A stretch of 53,577 nucleotides of DNA, taken from assembly GCA_009602725.1 (NCBI GenBank), contig WELB01000005.1:955323-1008899 (forward strand), given 5' to 3'. Below, piece after piece: positions 48,396-53,577 of this stretch (within the stretch, counting starts at the first letter, position 1; every line of letters starts with the position of its first letter). Below the pieces are notes generated by a model. That model did not search any database, had not been told where the DNA came from, and worked only from the letters and a program-made list of their open reading frames with translations. Made by a program: the position numbers and the translations under genes. The DNA comes from Spirogloea muscicola. Lineage: Eukaryota.

Positions 48396-50245
48396 ATGGC
48401 AGCCCTGGCAGCCACTGCCGGCCTTCAGCTTCACGCCGCACCCCTGAGCAGGTGTGCCGTCCCGCTCTTGCACTGATTGCAAGGGTGCTGATGCCTGTTA
48501 TCCTGATCAGACCTTGCTTCACGGATCTGTGTTGTAAAACGTTGGCCACAGCCAGTTGAGCCACCATTCGATCAGGTTGTGTCATTCCTACTGTCTAAGT
48601 GCACAATTTGCAGCAAACCTTGTACCGGCTAAGCATGTGTCAGTGGCTGTAAGTCAACGAGTCACAACCGGGATATGATGCAGATGCTCTGAGAGCAAGC
48701 TGATAGCAGGACTACTCTAGACACTTTGCCAGCGTTGGCGGATGCACTGACATGCTGGGTGAGTTGTGCAGGTCGAATATCTTTGGCCTGCAAGTAAAGC
48801 AGCTCAGCGGCAAGCCTCTCTTGAAGTCTACTATTCTTCGGCAGCACGCTGCTGTTTGCAGTCAGCAGACTCAGTTCAATCCGTTGACAACTGTGAGTAT
48901 GATACGTGACTTCCATTTGCCTGCACTGAGTACCTACTGCGACTACTTCATTGCCCAGTTGGTGCTGTTGATGACATCCAATTTCCAATCACAGACACGA
49001 CTAGATTCCAGACTAGCTAGTAAATATCGTAGTGGAGCATTGCATACTTATTTTGGATCGCAATGCCGACGACCTTGACATACTCATAGCTCGTTGTCTA
49101 GATCCAACAACAACAACAGTTGTGTTTTCATGCATCATGTTGTCAGGATGCGAAGTGTTGTGGTGTGTCAATGTAATCTCATGGAAAAATGTTCTTTACT
49201 ATCAGTAACACCTGTGCAGGTCATGAAGGTCAAGACTAGCAGGTTGTTCCTCTGCTGGAAGCTGTGATCTTCACACGGTTTGTAAACTTTTTGTGCAGAT
49301 TAAGAAGGCCATTGATAGCACGAAGGTCAACCTTGATGAGGCTAGCATCAAGCAGAACATGCAGAAGGAAGGTGATAGATATACCAGCGTGGATCACAAG
49401 GATCAGTCACAGGCGATTGACACGACCATTGACATGTTCCAGAAGAGCATTCCACGGTCTGAGTTGCTTCGCCGTCCAGAGACTGGTGATCGAGATTTTT
49501 TCAGTGTCATGGCTTTTGATGGTCCCGGTCCCGAGACTATCAATGGCAGGCTGGTAAGAGCGCATGTCTATGTCCTTCATTTCAAGTCATACTAAGTGTC
49601 CTTAATAAATGTCATCTCAACAATCTGCATGCACGCGCAGCATGATGAAATGCGTGGTTCCTGGTGAGATCTCTTTCAAACCTGTCATCTGGATCTACTC
49701 TTAACCTCACTTACTATTACAACTTAGGCGTTTCTTTGGTTATTAATGCACCTCCTGTCGACTTATTAGTATTTGTAATGATTACCTTCAGGCGATGCTT
49801 GGTGTCTTCTGGGGATTGTTTGTGGAGGTTACCAAACATCAGACCATTTTCCAGCAACTTGCAAGCCCAACCAGCCCTGGGACTCTGTGGCTGCTTGGTG
49901 TGGGCAATTTGATATTTGTGGCGTCATTGATTCCCATCTTTCGGGGCGAAAGCACTGACAGTCGGAGGTAAGATATCTTGCCCTGCTTTACACTACCAAG
50001 GCATGACTCACCAGAATCATCTGAGATCAGCTATTTCTCCTTGCGCTGAGCCCACCTTAGTCACAGTAAGCTTATCAGATCCAGTCAAACTTTGATTGCC
50101 TGAACATCATGATATGTGACTTCGTTTGTCCAGGAACGGGCCCTTCACAGCCCAAGCTGAGAGGTGGAATGGTCGCACTGCCATGTTGGGCTTCGCTGGG
50201 TTACTGTTCTTTGAGTTCGTAGCTGGCCACCCTTTCTTGAATTAG
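48396..50245 (+). CDS. ELIP: Early light-induced protein (three-helix LHC superfamily)
   Basis: Exons ~48396-48451, ~48772-48892, 49299-49552, ~49792-49967 and ~50134-50245. Transit peptide, then MAFDGPGPETINGRL|AMLG, VASLIPIFRGES and AERWNGRTAMLGF, the two chlorophyll-binding ExxNGRxAMLG motifs. Confidence 0.95.
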
Positions 50246-51296
50246 AGAGTTGGTCGTAACTTCGGCACTCTAGTTTCCTTTACTAAGGCCGCACTGATGT
50301 ACAATAGTCCGCATTCTAGACTTCCGAAGATTATCAGATCTGGCCTTGCTTGATTTTCTCTTTTCAATTCAATCAGCTACTCCAGACCAATCAAATCAAG
50401 AAGCTTCTTTGGCAACCATGAACAAGCAATTCTTATTTGTCATATTTTATGACGTTATCTGTCAGCCAAAGCTTCACATTATATTTACTAGCCTCAATCG
50501 AATAGTTGCGTGATATATGAACTTCATGTGATATTTGTCTGGCAAATTCACTCAAATGTGTGTTCTTTAGATGTAGGATATACTGGGAAATTGTACACGT
50601 CATGTACTTAAGATTAAATTATAGATATTGTATGTTAATTTAATTGTTTGTAAACGATGGAATGTTTACCACTTTACTAATTTATAACAACGAAGAAATG
50701 TCCACATTACACATCACATCATCAATTCTCAAACTCCCAATCATACAATGTTCTGAGTATAAATTCACGACAAGCCACCAGAATCATAAATGAAGACACA
50801 AACCTGTTCTCAACTCATCGTCCACCGCATGACCAGTATAACATGTCATGTGCATATGACTATTACTTACTGTCACCTTATTAAAAAAGTTTTGAACAAC
50901 TGACTAATTTGTGAAAATAATAATTGTCAAATGAAGTTCATTAGCTCTTCTTAATCAATAACCCGGAAATAAATCCCAATGTCCGACCACCTGCCAAACT
51001 GCAATATATGAATGTTCATTCCTCTGCCGAGATGACTGCAACTCCACGAAATATACTTTCACAAAATCTTGGATACCACTTCTCACTAGGTCAAAAATTT
51101 ATAAGCTAATGAAGATACGAGTGAAGCAAGCCTTTACTTGGTGGAGCAAAATTATTGACAAGAATACACTCATTCCGTGCTACTAAGCGAAGTAATCAGA
51201 GAGACTGCTACAAGATCACATCACAGATATATATCTGCTCTACATTCACCAATCACTGGCAATTGCAGCAGACTGCAGCAAATTGAGCTTTCAAAG

Positions 51297-53331
51297 TCAC
51301 ATATAACCAGCGAGACCATTAGCCAAAGGGTGCTCTGGGTTATATGCTTGCAACTCAATCTCATCTCCTCGTCCCAGCTGGAGCGCCATGGACATGAGCC
51401 CCTGGGCAGCAAAGCCTGACACCGCTGCAGCAACAATATCCTCCACAGACGAGCCGGCTGCTGGAGAACGCTTGTCCTGCCGGAGCAGTGGCAGGAACAC
51501 TGACATGGGCGCCCCCATAAGCCGTGCGGCAGGGTGGTACGCGCTTGCGGCGGCCTGGAACAGCAGAGTGCTCTCCAGAGCGTCCAGCAGCTGATCGTCG
51601 CCCCAGCCCTCCACCTCGCCCAGCGCACGCATGTGCTCCCAGTCGTCGTAGCGTGCCGCTGTCGACCACGCTACCTCCAGCAGCTCCTTGCTATCGCGCC
51701 GAAAGCCATCGCCGGCGAGGCAGAAGACGGTGAATGCCAGCGGGACGAGCTCACGGGGAGCGCCTAGGCAGGCCCGCACCAGCTGGCTGCTGCTGAGGGG
51801 CGCCGCCGTCGCATGCCCGGCCGCTGCCAACGATTCCTGCAAGAATGTCAGCAATCGTAGACCTCTCAGAACAAGCACCTTCATATGAGCTCCTCATCCA
51901 GTGAAGTGGAAAATAGTTCGATAATTGGTGCAGCTGACCTGAACCTCCAAAAGGCCGAGCTCAGCATCAAACTGCTCACTTGAGCCATTGGCAACCTGAA
52001 CACCACCTGCCGCAGCGAAGAGTGCGAGCAGACGCTTCAATTACATCAGCCTTGCGTCCAATCTGCAGGGTGTCTTTGCGAGACAACACATTTGCAGCTC
52101 ATGCGAAGTTGAGTGCCCCAGAAAAGCACCACAGACCTGCCATGGCTGCCAACTTGGCCATACACAATAGTCGGCGGCGCAGCGCGAGCTGCTCCAGGAC
52201 CGCCTCTCCTTCACCGCCACTGCCATTGACATTGCTGCCTGTCTCCTTCAGGTAGCTTGCAAAGTCAGCGCCTGTTGTGGCGACGCCTTTGAGGCAGGCT
52301 GCGGCATCGCCGTACTGCCGCAGGTAGAGCTGATGCAGAAAGCGCAGCATCGGGTGGTCCTCCAGGAAGTGCGATAGTTCGACTGGGAACTTGGACCCAA
52401 GCTCCAGGAGGCTGCCGTAGCGCCCAGCTTCCCAATATACCAAGAATACGTGCTGGCAGAAGGTGCCCTTGCCGCCACTGCCGCCGCTGCTGGCGCCAGC
52501 ACCGTCCCTCTAACAGCAAGTTGGGGATGTCAAGCCCATTAACAACTGAGCATTCAGTCACGTCTCATTCACTTTACAACCTCGTTCAATCGCGTCTCAT
52601 TCACTTTACAATCTGACCTCAACACACCCAGATTGGCAATAGTGCCAAAGCTTCCAGCAGTGCTGCGGCCTGCAAGCGGCAGCTCACCATGAAGACTTGA
52701 AGGCTCTCATAGTCCTGCAGCTCGTCGCACACTGCAAACAGCGTGGCGTAGCCACAGTGCCGTCGCGCTAATTGAACCACACGGGCGTACTCCCGGCGCA
52801 GGGCTGCCCGCCGCTGAGTGTCATCTGCAGCGGCCTTATCGCCGAGTGCTACCTGACAAGAGCTAACATTCTGTTTAGATATAGTATATACTGACCTAGC
52901 TCTTGATCGGAGCATCATACCTAGGTATTGATTGGAGCATCATGGAAACAGGTGCTCACCAGGGTTGCGGCTCTGGTTACTTTGCGTAGGTCGGCAAGGA
53001 GAATCTCTCGCCGTCGACAGTACTCTGCGTGGAGCTCGCTGCCAGCCGCTACGCCATCACGGCCCTCGGCGGCCTTCAGGGCCTCATCATACGCGCTGAG
53101 CAGGAGCTCGATGACGTCCACCAGGCGAGGCGGCAGCGGCGCCAGCAGCGTGGGCTCTGAGGCTGCCAAGCTGCGTCCGAGGTTGGCCAGCGGCGACGCA
53201 AGCGCCCACAGGCCCTCGCGCAGGCTTGTGGCGGACGTCCACCGGCCTGGCCCTGCAGCTTGCATCTGCGGGGGGTACAATGCCGCGTGACCCATACGGT
53301 ACCGTTGTGCTGCTTGCAGTGCTGTCGCCAC
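51297..53331 (-). CDS. NUP133: Nuclear pore protein Nup133, C-terminal exons (gene continues toward or beyond the window end)
   Basis: VVQLARRHCGYATLFAVCDELQD..LQVFM; YWEAGRYGSLLELGSKFPVELSHFLEDHPMLRFLHQLYL; LALRRRLLCMAKLAAMAG; LAFTVF..AWSTAARYDDW..GWGDDQLLDALESTLLFQAA. These resemble the plant Nup133 C-terminal domain as I recall it; stop at 51297. Confidence 0.85.
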
Positions 53332-53577
53332 AGCGGCCGCCAGCTCCAGCAGGCACGCCAGCTGAAAGCATCAAAGCACGCTCCAGAATCTGAGACCTGG
53401 ACCCCAGACCACGAGCACAGACCTCACCTAAAGATTCATGCTGGTCCTGAGTGGACAGAGACATTCAGCCGATTCGATTGTGGAGTTCAAGTTTGAGTAA
53501 CAGTGTAATATCAAGTTGATGACTACTGGAGAGGTCATAGAGGCACACAGAGAGAGAGAGACACCACCGGGGGGGGG

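Noticed and set aside
52561..52611. 19-bp duplication cgtctcattcactttacaa in a NUP133 intron (similar short duplication at ~46570-46608)
   Set aside because: An ordinary local slippage duplication with no further structure.

Overview
This is eukaryotic nuclear DNA, not prokaryotic. It is gene-dense, has short GT-AG introns and very GC-rich 5' gene ends, and contains three N-gaps (730-1256, 22293-22348, 32728-33164) and three single-N joints (11510, 15846, 22270). Gene content points to a green-plant (streptophyte) genome, most likely a streptophyte alga; this is inference. Genes I reconstructed by hand-splicing, in order: a kinase-less receptor-like protein with two malectin-like domains, LRRs and a TM helix (+); a 5'-incomplete mitochondrial carrier (-); the 5' part of an MTP1-type CDF zinc transporter cut at an N (+); a plastid FtsZ that looks like FtsZ3 (-); a plastid CPBP/CAAX protease (+); ABCF4 (-); a long orphan coiled-coil protein (+); IspF (-); LSM4 (+); plastid SecY/SCY1 (-); TDP1 (+); ELIP (+); and the 3' part of Nup133 (-). 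Non-genic features are a decayed non-LTR retroelement (about 45.5-47.0 kb), G-box/ABRE clusters, and a modular, shuffled, partly palindromic repeat family (core TGGGCTGGC..TCACAGCC..TTGGGAGAGCCACTT) concentrated in five intergenic blocks, most of them upstream of gene starts. Homology calls come from recognising motifs from memory, not from database searches. Several start and stop boundaries are approximate.
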